Assembly: GCA_051884215.1 (NCBI GenBank)
Contig: JBJEVF010000007.1
Coordinates: 10,497 to 74,496 of the forward strand
Direction of reading: 5' to 3'
Origin: Christensenellaceae bacterium
GTDB lineage: Bacteria; Bacillota; Clostridia; Christensenellales; Borkfalkiaceae
Length of the DNA: 64,000 nt
Under the pieces are notes generated by a model. The model was given only the letters and a program-made list of their open reading frames with translations, did no database searches and was not told where the DNA came from. The translations under genes were made by a program, and so were the position numbers. Of the stretch, positions 28,294 to 40,004 are shown one piece after another; position 1 is the stretch's first letter, and each line of letters begins with the position of its first letter.

Positions 28294-29516
28294 TGAAAAA
28301 AACAGTCGTCAGAGAATATGCAAAACTTATCGCTAAGGTGGGACTTAACGTTCAGAAAGGTCAGGACTGCATCGTTTACTGCGAGCTTGATCAAAAAGAA
28401 TTTATCGAGATGCTCGTCGATGAAATATATAAATGCGGTGCGAGAAAGGTTTTCGTTAAGTGGAACGACCAGAAAATCGAAAAGCTGGACTATAAGTATT
28501 GCAAATTGAATGCGTTATCCGAGCTTGAAGGCTTCGAGCTTGAAGAATGGAAGTATAAATCGGAAAAGCTGCCTTGTATCTGTTATATCATTTCAGAAGA
28601 TCCCGACGGATTGAACGGTATCAATCAGGACAAGTTCGCAAAAGTAAAAGCCGAAAGGTATAAATTGATAAAACCTTTTAAAGAAAAGATGGAAGCAGGC
28701 TATCAATGGTGTATAGCGGCAGTACCGGGAGTTGCCTGGGCTAAAAAAGTTTTTCCCGATCTCAGAAAGAACGTCGCGGTCGAAAAATTGTGGGAAGCTA
28801 TTTTGCAATGCGCAAAAGTGGACGGTAACGCAGTTGATAATTGGAAAAAGCATAACGCCGCCTTGAAAAAACGTTATGAGTTTTTAAACGCACAGCATCT
28901 GACTGCGTTAAAATACAAGTCGTCTAACGGTACCGATTTGTACGTCGGGCTGAACGAAATAGGCTTATTTACCGGCGGCGCCGAAAAAACCTTATCGGGC
29001 GTAGAGTTTAATCCCAATATACCGTCGGAAGAAATTTTCACTTCGCCTATGAAAGGCGTGTGCGAAGGAAAAGTTGTCGCTACCAAGCCGTTGAGCTATG
29101 AAGGTCAGCTGATTGAAGATTTTTATATAGAGTTTAAAAACGGCAAGGTCTGTTCGGTTCACGCTGAAACCAACGAAACTCTTTTGCAGAAGATAGTAAA
29201 TATGGATGAGGGCGCTTCTATGCTCGGCGAATGCGCGCTCGTTCCGTATTCCAGCGATATAAATAAGTTGGGCTTTTTGTTTTACGAAACGCTCTTTGAT
29301 GAAAACGCTTGCTGTCATCTTGCTCTGGGCAGAGGATTTTCCGAATGTATTAAAGATTTCGACTCGATGACTTATGAAGAAAGACAGGAAAAAGGTCTTA
29401 ACAATTCGATGATTCACGTCGATTTTATGATAGGTTCAGAAGATTTGGAAATTATAGGAGTAAAGAAGGACGGCTCTGAAATTAAGATATTTGACAAAGG
29501 AGATTGGGCGATTTAA
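28293..29516 (+). CDS. M29-family aminopeptidase (AmpS/PepS-like)
   Basis: The N-terminus MKKTVVREYAKLIAKVGLNVQKGQ.. is typical of M29. The ATG overlaps the thiI TAA (TAATG). The ORF-track start at 28158 inside thiI is rejected. Confidence 0.85.
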   Translation: MKKTVVREYAKLIAKVGLNVQKGQDCIVYCELDQKEFIEMLVDEIYKCGARKVFVKWNDQKIEKLDYKYCKLNALSELEGFELEEWKYKSEKLPCICYIISEDPDGLNGINQDKFAKVKAERYKLIKPFKEKMEAGYQWCIAAVPGVAWAKKVFPDLRKNVAVEKLWEAILQCAKVDGNAVDNWKKHNAALKKRYEFLNAQHLTALKYKSSNGTDLYVGLNEIGLFTGGAEKTLSGVEFNPNIPSEEIFTSPMKGVCEGKVVATKPLSYEGQLIEDFYIEFKNGKVCSVHAETNETLLQKIVNMDEGASMLGECALVPYSSDINKLGFLFYETLFDENACCHLALGRGFSECIKDFDSMTYEERQEKGLNNSMIHVDFMIGSEDLEIIGVKKDGSEIKIFDKGDWAI

Positions 29517-29517
29517 A

Positions 29518-30732
29518 GTGAATATATTAAAGGTTCCTCAAATTTTATTACCCAAAAAGAACGTTGATTTGAAAAAATGGTCTGTAATAGCGTGCGACCA
29601 GTTTACAAGCGATAAAACTTATTGGAAAACTCTTGAAGATTGTTGCGGAGACGTATCTACTTTAAGGATTATCTATCCTGAGATATACCTTAACGACAAT
29701 ACCGAAGAACGCATAAAAAACGTCAATGCTAAAATGCGTGAATACCTTGAACAAGGTATTTTCGAAGCTTATAACGGCTTTATTCTCACCGTCAGGACTA
29801 CTTCTTACGGCAATAAGCGCATAGGTCTTATAGTTTCGTTCGATCTCGAACAGTACGAAATCGGCAAAAAGCTTGCCGTAAGAGCTACTGAAGCCACAGT
29901 CAAAGAAAGGTTGCCGATAAGAGTAAAAATCAGGGAAAATGCCGAAATAGAGCTTCCTCACGCATTGGTACTTATCGACGACGAGCAAAAAAGCGTTATC
30001 GAGCCGATTTACAAAGATAGAGATAAGCTCAAAAAGCTGTATTCAACCGATCTTAATATGGATGGCGGTCATATCGAAGGCTATCTTGTTGAAGACGCCG
30101 AAACGGTCGTTAAGGCGCTGGATAAACTCACTTCTTATGAAAACTGTTTAAGAAAATACAACGGGGGCGAACCGTTCGTGTTTGCCGTAGGCGACGGTAA
30201 TCATTCTATTGCGACTGCACGCGCGTGCTGGGATAAAATCAAGCAAAATCTTACAGAAGAAGAAAGGGAAAATCATCCTGCAAGGTATTGTCTTGTGGAG
30301 GTCAACAATATTTACGGCGACGATTTAAAGTTCAAACCCATACATAGAGCCGTATTCAACGTTGGCGAAGATTTTATCAGATATTTGATAAACAATCTCA
30401 GCGGTAGTCAGCAAATACAGCTGTTCTATAAAAACATGCAATATTGCGCGCAAGTCGATTGCAATTCTGCAAAAGCAATATCCGATATTCAGCGACTTAT
30501 CGATAGTTATATCGACAATCATCCGGGCGTAACTCAGGATTATATACACGGAGACGCCGAGTGCAAAGCGTTGTCTGTTGACGGTTCGGCGGTTTCGGTA
30601 ATGATGCCAAGGCTCAATAAAGCCGATTTATTCCCGTACGTTGCAAAATTCGGTACGCTCACAAGAAAATCGTTTTCAATGGGCGAAGCTAAGGAAAAGC
30701 GTTACTACTTTGAATGTAAAAAAATCAGGTAA
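29518..30732 (+). CDS. DUF1015 family protein (function unknown)
   Basis: KWSVIACDQFTS and FAVGDGNHSIATA resemble DUF1015 signatures as I recall them. The start is uncertain: GTG 29518 is used here, and TTG 29491 is an in-frame alternative. Confidence 0.7.
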   Translation: MNILKVPQILLPKKNVDLKKWSVIACDQFTSDKTYWKTLEDCCGDVSTLRIIYPEIYLNDNTEERIKNVNAKMREYLEQGIFEAYNGFILTVRTTSYGNKRIGLIVSFDLEQYEIGKKLAVRATEATVKERLPIRVKIRENAEIELPHALVLIDDEQKSVIEPIYKDRDKLKKLYSTDLNMDGGHIEGYLVEDAETVVKALDKLTSYENCLRKYNGGEPFVFAVGDGNHSIATARACWDKIKQNLTEEERENHPARYCLVEVNNIYGDDLKFKPIHRAVFNVGEDFIRYLINNLSGSQQIQLFYKNMQYCAQVDCNSAKAISDIQRLIDSYIDNHPGVTQDYIHGDAECKALSVDGSAVSVMMPRLNKADLFPYVAKFGTLTRKSFSMGEAKEKRYYFECKKIR

Positions 30733-30735
30733 TTT

Positions 30736-31338
30736 ATGAATGATAATATTGTTTTTAAAAACGACGCTCGTTCGGTAAAGACAAGAAACGCTATTAAAAG
30801 AGCGCTTTTGAAGCTGTTAAAGAGTAAAAATATCACTGAAATCGGAGTAGGCGAATTGACTTCCATTGCCGAAAGAAACAGAAATTCCTTTTATACGCAT
30901 TATAAGTGCGTTGACGACGTTTTGACCGACGTCACAAGAGACGTTATATTTTCTCTCAACAAAGTTATCCGGAAGTTTACTTTTAAAGAATTTTTAATCA
31001 AACCGAAGCCGCTTTTAGCGGAAGTCGGAAAATTTATCAGTTCTCACAAAAGGTCGGCTTCCGTTTATATGAGGCTTACCTGTATGAACGATATCGTCGA
31101 TGAAATAAAGCGTAAGTTTACCGACCAGATAGTTAATTGCTCCATAATGCAATTCGGGCTTGATTTCAAACCCGTCAGGTATGCCGTTTCGTTTTTTGTT
31201 TCAGGCGCGATAGAAGTTTATAAGAATTGGTTGACTCAAAGCGATATGACTATCAACGAGATAACCGAAGTGCTCGTTTCGTTTGTCGATTTCGGTTTCG
31301 GTAAAATTAAATCAGGTTTAGGTTTAGCGGAAAATTAA
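30736..31338 (+). CDS. TetR/AcrR family transcriptional regulator
   Basis: N-terminal HTH (KTRNAIKRALLKLLKSKNITEIGVGELTSIAERNRNSFYTHY). 200 aa. Packed 3 nt after DUF1015 and 1 nt before prmA. Confidence 0.8.
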   Translation: MNDNIVFKNDARSVKTRNAIKRALLKLLKSKNITEIGVGELTSIAERNRNSFYTHYKCVDDVLTDVTRDVIFSLNKVIRKFTFKEFLIKPKPLLAEVGKFISSHKRSASVYMRLTCMNDIVDEIKRKFTDQIVNCSIMQFGLDFKPVRYAVSFFVSGAIEVYKNWLTQSDMTINEITEVLVSFVDFGFGKIKSGLGLAEN

Positions 31339-31339
31339 A

Positions 31340-32272
31340 ATGAAATACATAGAACTGACGGTTACCACTACAAATTTATGCGAAGAGTTGGTTAGCGATA
31401 TTTTTTGGAAATATACTGATTACGGAGTTGCTATTTCCAACGTTTTAGACGTTGCAAAAATTTTGCAGGGCGAAGTTATTTACGATTATTACGATAAGGA
31501 AATTTTAAACGGCGCAAAAGGCGTATCATTGGTGAAAGGGTACTTTTCCGTTGACGAAGCCGATGAAAAAATTGCTTTGGTCAGAAAAGACCTCGACGCT
31601 TTGAAAAACGAATCGGTTTTCGATACGGGAACTTTGGAAACCGTTAAACGTGAAATCGACGGAGACGATTGGTTGTCGATATGGAAAAAGCATTTTAAAC
31701 CTATAATCTTCGGAGGCGTTACAATCTGTCCCGAATGGATAAACTGCGAAAATCTATCGGGAACCGTCGTGAAGATCAATTCCGATATGGCGTTCGGAAC
31801 GGGCGAGCACGAAACGACTTCAATGATTTTATCCGCAATGCAAAGCTACATTAAAAAAGGTCAGAGCGTTCTTGACGTCGGGACGGGCAGCGGAATACTC
31901 GGAATTACCGCCGCGCTTATAGGCGCGCAAAAGGTGTTGATGACGGATATTGACCGTACGGCTTGCCTTGTCGCTCAAAAAAATATTAAATTAAACGACG
32001 TGGAACGTATATGTTTCGTCGAATGCAGGGGCGATCTTGAAAACGTCGAGGAAAGGTTCGACGTCGTTGTTGCAAACATAACGGCAGAGGTTCTTACGTT
32101 TTTATCCGACTCTATTTCAAAGGTTGTCAAGCCTGGCGGAATCGTCATTTTAAGCGGTATTTTAAAAGACAGATTAGATAAAGTCGAAACTACTTTTTCA
32201 AGATTAAATCTCTCAAAGCTTTCAAGCGATACTCAGGGCGAGTGGTCGAGCTTGATTTTGATTAAAAAATAA
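31340..32272 (+). CDS. prmA: Ribosomal protein L11 methyltransferase PrmA
   Basis: Contains GTGEHETT and the SAM motif VLDVGTGSGILGI, with an ANI.. segment downstream. 310 aa. Confidence 0.93.
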   Translation: MKYIELTVTTTNLCEELVSDIFWKYTDYGVAISNVLDVAKILQGEVIYDYYDKEILNGAKGVSLVKGYFSVDEADEKIALVRKDLDALKNESVFDTGTLETVKREIDGDDWLSIWKKHFKPIIFGGVTICPEWINCENLSGTVVKINSDMAFGTGEHETTSMILSAMQSYIKKGQSVLDVGTGSGILGITAALIGAQKVLMTDIDRTACLVAQKNIKLNDVERICFVECRGDLENVEERFDVVVANITAEVLTFLSDSISKVVKPGGIVILSGILKDRLDKVETTFSRLNLSKLSSDTQGEWSSLILIKK

Positions 32273-32347
32273 TTACGTCTATCATAATATTTTTTAAAAT
32301 CTTAAATATAATAAGGAATTTTATAAGTTTTTACATTTTATAAAAAT

Positions 32348-33586
32348 ATGAAAGCAGTTGTGTTTACGTTGGGCTGTAAGGTAAATTTTTGCGAAAGCTC
32401 CCAAATAATTAACGGTTTGAAAAGCAAGGGGTATGAAGTGAGCGACGAGCTTGGCTATGCCGATTTATACGTTCTCAATACCTGCGCCGTAACGAGAGAA
32501 GCCGAAAAGAAGTCCCGTCAGGCAATCGCAAGGATAAGAAAATTTAACGGCTTGGCTCCGATATACGTTCTCGGTTGCGCTTCCCAGAAAAAGCCGGAAG
32601 ATTTTTTGAAAAAGCAGGGCGTCAAGGTCGTAATGGGAACGTCGAAAAAGGATAAGATTTTATCTATGCTGGATAAGGAAGGCGTTTTCGTCGAAAGCGA
32701 CGAGAGCTATTTTCAGGAATTTATGCCCGTTTTGAAGACAAAAAGTAAATCTTTCGTTAAGATACAGGACGGATGCAATAATTTTTGTTCGTATTGCATA
32801 ATTCCGTATTTAAGGGGAAGATGCAGGTCGAGAAAGGTTGATAGCGTCATCGGCGAGATAAATTATCTTAATCCGCTTGAAGTTGTTTTGACGGGGATAA
32901 ATCTTTCTGCTTATAACGACGACGGCGTTACTCTTTCAGATTTGTTGCTTAAGCTTAAAGATTTAAAAACGAGAATAAGATTAGGTTCTCTGGAAGTAAA
33001 CGTTCTCGACGAAAAGTTTTTAAAAAATGCAATGCAGTTATACGATTTTGCGCCGCATTTTCATTTGTCTTTGCAGTCGGGTTGCGATAAAATCTTGAAG
33101 GATATGAACAGGCGCTATACGACCGCAGATTATAAACGTGCCGTTCAGCTTATAAGAAAATATTTTTCCGACGCGGCAATCACCACCGATATAATAGTAG
33201 GTTATCCGACCGAAACCGAAGAGGATTTCAGACAAACGCTTGAATTTGTAGAAGAAATCGGCTTTTCCGATATTCATTGCTTTCCCTTTTCGCCGCGTGA
33301 GGGAACAAAGGCTTACGATTTAAAGGATTTAAGCGCAGAAGTAAAAAACGACAGATTGGATAGGCTTATGCAGTATAAGAAATCGTCGAAAAACAAGTTT
33401 ATAAATAAAAACGTCGGAAAAATATTATCGTTTTTACCGGAAACCGAAAAGGACGGGTACCTTGCAGGTTACAGCGAAAACTATATCAGAGTGTACGCCA
33501 AGGGCGATTTTGTAGAAAAAATAGTAAAAGTTAAGGTTTTGCGCCCGTATCTTGACGGCGTTGAAGCCGAAATTATAAAGGAGTGA
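32348..33586 (+). CDS. mtaB: Radical-SAM methylthiotransferase MtaB (ms2t6A tRNA)
   Basis: UPF0004 N-domain (TLGCKVNFCES), radical-SAM CNNFCSYCIIP, and a C-terminal TRAM-like domain. yqe-type context after prmA. Confidence 0.85.
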   Translation: MKAVVFTLGCKVNFCESSQIINGLKSKGYEVSDELGYADLYVLNTCAVTREAEKKSRQAIARIRKFNGLAPIYVLGCASQKKPEDFLKKQGVKVVMGTSKKDKILSMLDKEGVFVESDESYFQEFMPVLKTKSKSFVKIQDGCNNFCSYCIIPYLRGRCRSRKVDSVIGEINYLNPLEVVLTGINLSAYNDDGVTLSDLLLKLKDLKTRIRLGSLEVNVLDEKFLKNAMQLYDFAPHFHLSLQSGCDKILKDMNRRYTTADYKRAVQLIRKYFSDAAITTDIIVGYPTETEEDFRQTLEFVEEIGFSDIHCFPFSPREGTKAYDLKDLSAEVKNDRLDRLMQYKKSSKNKFINKNVGKILSFLPETEKDGYLAGYSENYIRVYAKGDFVEKIVKVKVLRPYLDGVEAEIIKE

Positions 33587-33589
33587 ATT

Positions 33590-33928
33590 ATGGATTGTTT
33601 ATTTTGTAAGTTTGTATCGGGTGAAATACCCGTTGATAAGGTGTACGAGGACGAAAAGTTTATCGTAATAAGAGATATTGCGCCTCAGGCTAAAAATCAT
33701 TTTTTGGCAATTCCAAAAAAACATTATAAATACCTTGCCGAAATGACTGAAGCTGACGCCGAAATTCTCGGCAATATTTTATCTTCTATCCCTAAGTTGA
33801 AGGATATTCTTGAATTAAACGGCGGATACAGGCTGGTTATAAATCAGGGCGACGACGCGGGACAGACCGTGCCGCACTTGCATATACATATTTTGTCGGG
33901 ACAAAAAATGGGCTGGAACCCGGCTTAA
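33590..33928 (+). CDS. HIT family nucleotide hydrolase (HinT-like)
   Basis: CLFCKF N-terminus and histidine triad HLHIHIL. 112 aa. Confidence 0.9.
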   Translation: MDCLFCKFVSGEIPVDKVYEDEKFIVIRDIAPQAKNHFLAIPKKHYKYLAEMTEADAEILGNILSSIPKLKDILELNGGYRLVINQGDDAGQTVPHLHIHILSGQKMGWNPA

Positions 33929-34002
33929 TTTGCAATCTCCGTTACAAATCGTTTATTTTTTGATTTTGCAAAAGAAATGTTTTGTAAATTATGGTAAAAT
34001 AC

Positions 34003-34031
34003 TTGACTTGTAGCGCAACATTCTTTATAAT
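34003..34031 (+). promoter_or_regulatory. Sigma-A-type promoter of rpsU (TTGACT-17-TATAAT)
   Basis: TTGACT at 34003-34008, a 17-nt spacer and TATAAT at 34026-34031, 45 nt upstream of the rpsU ATG. Confidence 0.7.
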
Positions 34032-34075
34032 AGTCATTACTTATTATTTGCGTCAGGCAAAGGAGGGGTGTAGGT

Positions 34076-34255
34076 ATGTCAACAATCAGAGTCGGTGAAA
34101 ATGAAACACTCGATAATGCTCTTCGTCGTTTTAAGAGAAAATGTTCTCGCGACGGTATTATCGGCGACCTCCGTCGTAAAGAATTTTACGAAAAGCCAGC
34201 TGTAAGGCGTAAAAAGAAAGCTGAGGCCGCAAGAAAAAGAAATAAAAAAATGTAA
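34076..34255 (+). CDS. rpsU: 30S ribosomal protein S21
   Basis: It is not in the ORF track (59 aa). My translation is [68 protein letters not shown]. Confidence 0.93.
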   Translation: MSTIRVGENETLDNALRRFKRKCSRDGIIGDLRRKEFYEKPAVRRKKKAEAARKRNKKM

Positions 34256-34261
34256 TTTTTT

Positions 34262-34294
34262 ACACTCGCAATTATTTGCGGGTGTTTTTATTTT
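34262..34294 (+). terminator. Intrinsic terminator after rpsU
   Basis: ACACTCGCA / TGCGGGTGT form a 9-bp stem followed by TTTTTATTTT. Confidence 0.65.
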
Positions 34295-34358
34295 CACGGT
34301 GAGAAAAAAGTCGCAATTTGTCGAATGAATAACATTTTTAATATCAGGAGCTTTTTTT

Positions 34359-34754
34359 ATGGAAAACAACAAACAAATGACCATCAAGCAGTTAGCCAAG
34401 GATGCAAAGCAACGCTTAAAAAGCGGTTTTTGGCAGGAATATAAATCGCGTTATATGGATGCGGAAAAGATTGCAAAACAACAGAGCGTTCATAAGAGCG
34501 AAGTACTCGGCTATTATCAATCAAAAATCAGTCAGAAAATCACAAAATCCGAGGACGAGGAGTTTTATCTTAAGGTTAAAACTTTGCTGGATACCGAAGG
34601 CGAGGTGTCCAACGCTATCGGCAGGCTCGTCGACCACGGCGTTTTCGATAGTTTAGATTACGATAAGAAACAAAAATATATTTTTGAGCTGTCTGAAAAA
34701 TACCTGAAAGCGGTGGAGCGTTATCACCGTGAAAAGCAGATGGAAAAGCAATAG
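34359..34754 (+). CDS. Hypothetical soluble, helical, K/E-rich protein (131 aa)
   Basis: CAGGAG RBS lies 7 nt before the ATG. The ORF is clean, sits between its own flanking non-coding stretches, and has codon usage like its neighbours. I recognise no family. Confidence 0.55.
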   Translation: MENNKQMTIKQLAKDAKQRLKSGFWQEYKSRYMDAEKIAKQQSVHKSEVLGYYQSKISQKITKSEDEEFYLKVKTLLDTEGEVSNAIGRLVDHGVFDSLDYDKKQKYIFELSEKYLKAVERYHREKQMEKQ

Positions 34755-34770
34755 TCTTTGCGTTATATGG

Positions 34771-34799
34771 TTGATTGAACGTTTTTTTTGTGTTATAAT
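34771..34799 (+). promoter_or_regulatory. Candidate promoter of pcrA-ligA (TTGATT-17-TGtTATAAT)
   Basis: TTGATT at 34771-34776 and TATAAT at 34794-34799, with an extended -10 TG at 34791-34792. Confidence 0.55.
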
Positions 34800-34818
34800 A
34801 TCATAAAAGGAAATTTTT

Positions 34819-37101
34819 ATGAATTATTTAGAAAATCTTAACCCCGAACAGAAAAAACCCGTTCTCGATACCGAAGGCGCAGTACTTGTTTTTGCAGGCG
34901 CAGGTTCAGGCAAAACCCGTGTTTTAACAGCGAGAATTGCCTATCTTCTCGAAGGAAAAAAAGTCGATCCTTATAACGTTCTTGCTATAACCTTTACCAA
35001 CAAGGCGGCAAAAGAAATGAAGGAGCGTCTCGAAAGAATTACTCCGCTAGCCAATGATTGCTGGGTATCTACCATTCACGGAATGTGCGTAAAAATTTTG
35101 CGCGGCACGATAAATCTCGTCGAAGGATACAACGGCAATTTCACTATTTATTCTGAAACGGATAAGGAAAGAGTCTTAAAAAGAATTATTCAATCGCTCG
35201 ATATCGAAAGCGAAAACGTTTTAAAAAACGCCAAATATCATATTTCAAACGCAAAAAACAAGTTTTTGTCTCCGGATGAGTATTTGCTTGAATATTCGTC
35301 TTACGAAGCCATCGATAAATATGTAAACGTATTTAAAGAGTATAACAAGGAACTTAAAAGATGCAACGCTCTCGACTTTGACGACTTGCTCGTTATGACG
35401 TTGAATATCTTAATCAACCACAAGGAGGTTGCGGATAAGTACTCTCAGAGGTTCAGATATATCCTAGTCGACGAGTTTCAGGATACCAACAAAATTCAGT
35501 ACGACATAATCAAAATTCTGGCGTCCTACCACAAAAATATATTCTGTGTAGGAGATGACGACCAGTCGATTTACGGTTGGCGTGGGGCGGAAATTAAAAA
35601 TATTCTTGATTTTTCAAAAAGTTTTAAAGATTCGAAAGTTTACAAGCTGGAACAAAATTATCGTTCCACAAAGCGTATTCTCGATTTAGCGAACACGATT
35701 ATCAAAAACAACAAGGAGCGTTCGTCAAAATCGCTATGGACTGAAAACGGCGAAGGCGAGCGTGTTGAGACGTACGTCGCTAACGACGAAACGGCTGAAG
35801 CGCAATATACCGCCATTCAGATAAAGCGTTTGATTGCCGACGGTTCGAGCTATTCTGATTTCGCCGTGCTTATGCGCATCAACGCATTGTCTCGTGCATA
35901 CGAGCAAGAATTTACCAAATACGGCATTCCTTACAAGGTTTACGGCGGATTCAGGTTCTTTGAAAGAAAGGAAATCAAGGACTTGACGGCTTATCTCAGA
36001 ATTTTATCTAATCCGCTCGACGACGAGGCTTTGCTGCGTGTAATCAACGTGCCTAAGCGCGGAATAGGCGACAAGACGGTTTCGGTTTTATCCGAATATT
36101 CAAAATCTAACGGGTTAGCGTTGATAGACGCAATTTTCGACGCAGAAAAACTTGATTTATCGTCAGGCGCAAAATCGAAATTGTTGTCATTGAAAAAGCT
36201 TCTGATTACGCTTATGCGCGATATGTCCGTTGACAGTCTTGAAGAATTGTTCGATAACGTTTTGAAAAGAACGGACTTTAATTCTCAGTTTGATGCGGAT
36301 ACGGACGAAGGAAGAGAAAAGCTGATGAACGTCAGCGAATTGAAAAACTCCGTCGTGGAGTTTGCAAAGATGAATCCGCAAAGCTCTTTGAGCGAGTACC
36401 TTAATTCTATTACGCTTTCGACCGATACGGACGATATTAACGACGGCAATTTCGTAACGGTTGCAACTATTCACTCCGTGAAAGGCTTGGAGTTTAATAC
36501 TGTGTTTATATGCGGTCTTGACGACAATATTTTTCCCATTTCAAGAGCCGTCAGCGAGCCGAACGAAATGGAAGAAGAACGCAGGCTTATGTACGTTGCG
36601 ATAACCAGAGCTAAAAAGCGTCTGTACATAACGAGAGCGAATTCGAGATTTTTATTCGGCGGCAGGTCTTATACTGCGCCGTCTAAATTCCTGAACGAGT
36701 TAAGCGACAAGCTCGGTTTAAAGCCGAAGGTTAAAGAGCGTGCCGTCGATGATTACGGTTACAGCGGTTCAAATTACAACGCAGGCTCGTATTCGAGTTA
36801 TAAAAATTATAACGACAACGACGTCGAACCTTCGAAAAGTTATGGCGTAACGTCTAATTTCGCTAAATCTTTTGCCAGAAATTTTGGCGGCGTAAAATCA
36901 CAAAACGTTTCTTCAATGCAAAAAGGCGGTTCGGGCAGCGGATATAAAGCGGGCAAAAGGGTTAATCATAAAAAGTTCGGAATCGGTACTATCATCACCG
37001 TAAAACAAAGCGGTAACAATACCGTTTGCGACGTTGCCTTTAAAGGCGTGGGGGTTAAATCTTTGGTCGTTGAGTTCGCTCCGATGCAGTTAATTGATTA
37101 G
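34819..37101 (+). CDS. pcrA: ATP-dependent DNA helicase PcrA (UvrD family)
   Basis: Helicase motifs AGAGSGKT, ILVDEFQDTN, QNYRST and TIHSVKGLEF, plus a C-terminal Tudor-like tail (HKKFGIGTI). 760 aa. Confidence 0.95.
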   Translation: MNYLENLNPEQKKPVLDTEGAVLVFAGAGSGKTRVLTARIAYLLEGKKVDPYNVLAITFTNKAAKEMKERLERITPLANDCWVSTIHGMCVKILRGTINLVEGYNGNFTIYSETDKERVLKRIIQSLDIESENVLKNAKYHISNAKNKFLSPDEYLLEYSSYEAIDKYVNVFKEYNKELKRCNALDFDDLLVMTLNILINHKEVADKYSQRFRYILVDEFQDTNKIQYDIIKILASYHKNIFCVGDDDQSIYGWRGAEIKNILDFSKSFKDSKVYKLEQNYRSTKRILDLANTIIKNNKERSSKSLWTENGEGERVETYVANDETAEAQYTAIQIKRLIADGSSYSDFAVLMRINALSRAYEQEFTKYGIPYKVYGGFRFFERKEIKDLTAYLRILSNPLDDEALLRVINVPKRGIGDKTVSVLSEYSKSNGLALIDAIFDAEKLDLSSGAKSKLLSLKKLLITLMRDMSVDSLEELFDNVLKRTDFNSQFDADTDEGREKLMNVSELKNSVVEFAKMNPQSSLSEYLNSITLSTDTDDINDGNFVTVATIHSVKGLEFNTVFICGLDDNIFPISRAVSEPNEMEEERRLMYVAITRAKKRLYITRANSRFLFGGRSYTAPSKFLNELSDKLGLKPKVKERAVDDYGYSGSNYNAGSYSSYKNYNDNDVEPSKSYGVTSNFAKSFARNFGGVKSQNVSSMQKGGSGSGYKAGKRVNHKKFGIGTIITVKQSGNNTVCDVAFKGVGVKSLVVEFAPMQLID

Positions 37102-39057
<1,956 letters not shown>

Positions 39058-39105
39058 ATTTTATTTTAGTTTATGCTAAAATAAATTAGATTACGAGGTG
39101 TTGTT

Positions 39106-39981
39106 ATGCAAAGTATGACAGGATTCGGTAAAGCTGAATACGTTATTGATAAATTCAGCCTTACTGTGGAAGTAAAGACTGTCAACAACAGATTTCTGGA
39201 TATCGTTCCGAAATACCCGAGGCTCTTTATCTGTTTCGACGACCTTATGCGCAAGTTAATCAACGCAAAAGTTGCCCGAGGCAGGTTGGAATTGTTCGTA
39301 ACCCTGATAGATAACCGTGATAAGGACAAGAACGTTGACGTCGATTTATCACTTGCGAAATCTTATTATCAGGCTTATACGACGTTGAGTCAAAATTTTC
39401 CCCAGCTAAGCAGCGATTTATCAATATTATCCTTGATGAAAATGGGCGATATCGTAAAAGAAGGCGTCGTTGAAAACGATATGGATTTTTATCGTGACGT
39501 TTTGATTGAAACGCTTAACGGTGCGCTCGATAATCTGAACGAAATGCGTAAGGTCGAAGGCGAAAAGCTTAAAGCCGATATGCTTTCGAGGGTGCGCAAC
39601 ATTGAAACGATTGTTTACGATATCGGATTAAGAGCGCCGCTTATTCAGGAAAATTACAGAACAAGGTTGCAAGACAGAATGAAAGAAATTTTATCTTCAA
39701 CCAATTTCGACGAAACGAGATTGCTTCAGGAAGTAGCTCTTTTTGCCGATAAATCAAATATAGACGAAGAATTGACTCGTTTAAAATCGCATATTTCGCA
39801 GTTTTACGATATAGTGAACGGTGAAACTCCCGGTAGAAAACTTGATTTTTTAATACAGGAGTTTAACAGGGAAGCAAATACCATCTGTTCTAAATCAAAC
39901 GACTTGACGATAACCAAGCACGGTTTAGCTTTGAAGTGCGAGATTGAAAAAATAAGAGAACAAATACAGAACGTTGAATAA
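39106..39981 (+). CDS. yicC: YicC/YloC family endoribonuclease
   Basis: [12 protein letters not shown]-terminus and C-terminal DUF1732-like EELTRLKSH...[13 protein letters not shown]. 291 aa. Confidence 0.9.
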   Translation: MQSMTGFGKAEYVIDKFSLTVEVKTVNNRFLDIVPKYPRLFICFDDLMRKLINAKVARGRLELFVTLIDNRDKDKNVDVDLSLAKSYYQAYTTLSQNFPQLSSDLSILSLMKMGDIVKEGVVENDMDFYRDVLIETLNGALDNLNEMRKVEGEKLKADMLSRVRNIETIVYDIGLRAPLIQENYRTRLQDRMKEILSSTNFDETRLLQEVALFADKSNIDEELTRLKSHISQFYDIVNGETPGRKLDFLIQEFNREANTICSKSNDLTITKHGLALKCEIEKIREQIQNVE

Positions 39982-40004
39982 TATTAATCGGAGGTAAAAA
40001 TATT

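Noticed and set aside
34079-34399. 106-aa minus-strand ORF between the HIT gene and the 131-aa ORF
   Set aside because: It is antisense to rpsU (34076-34255), which translates to a clear S21 sequence with an AGGAGG RBS, a consensus promoter and a terminator.
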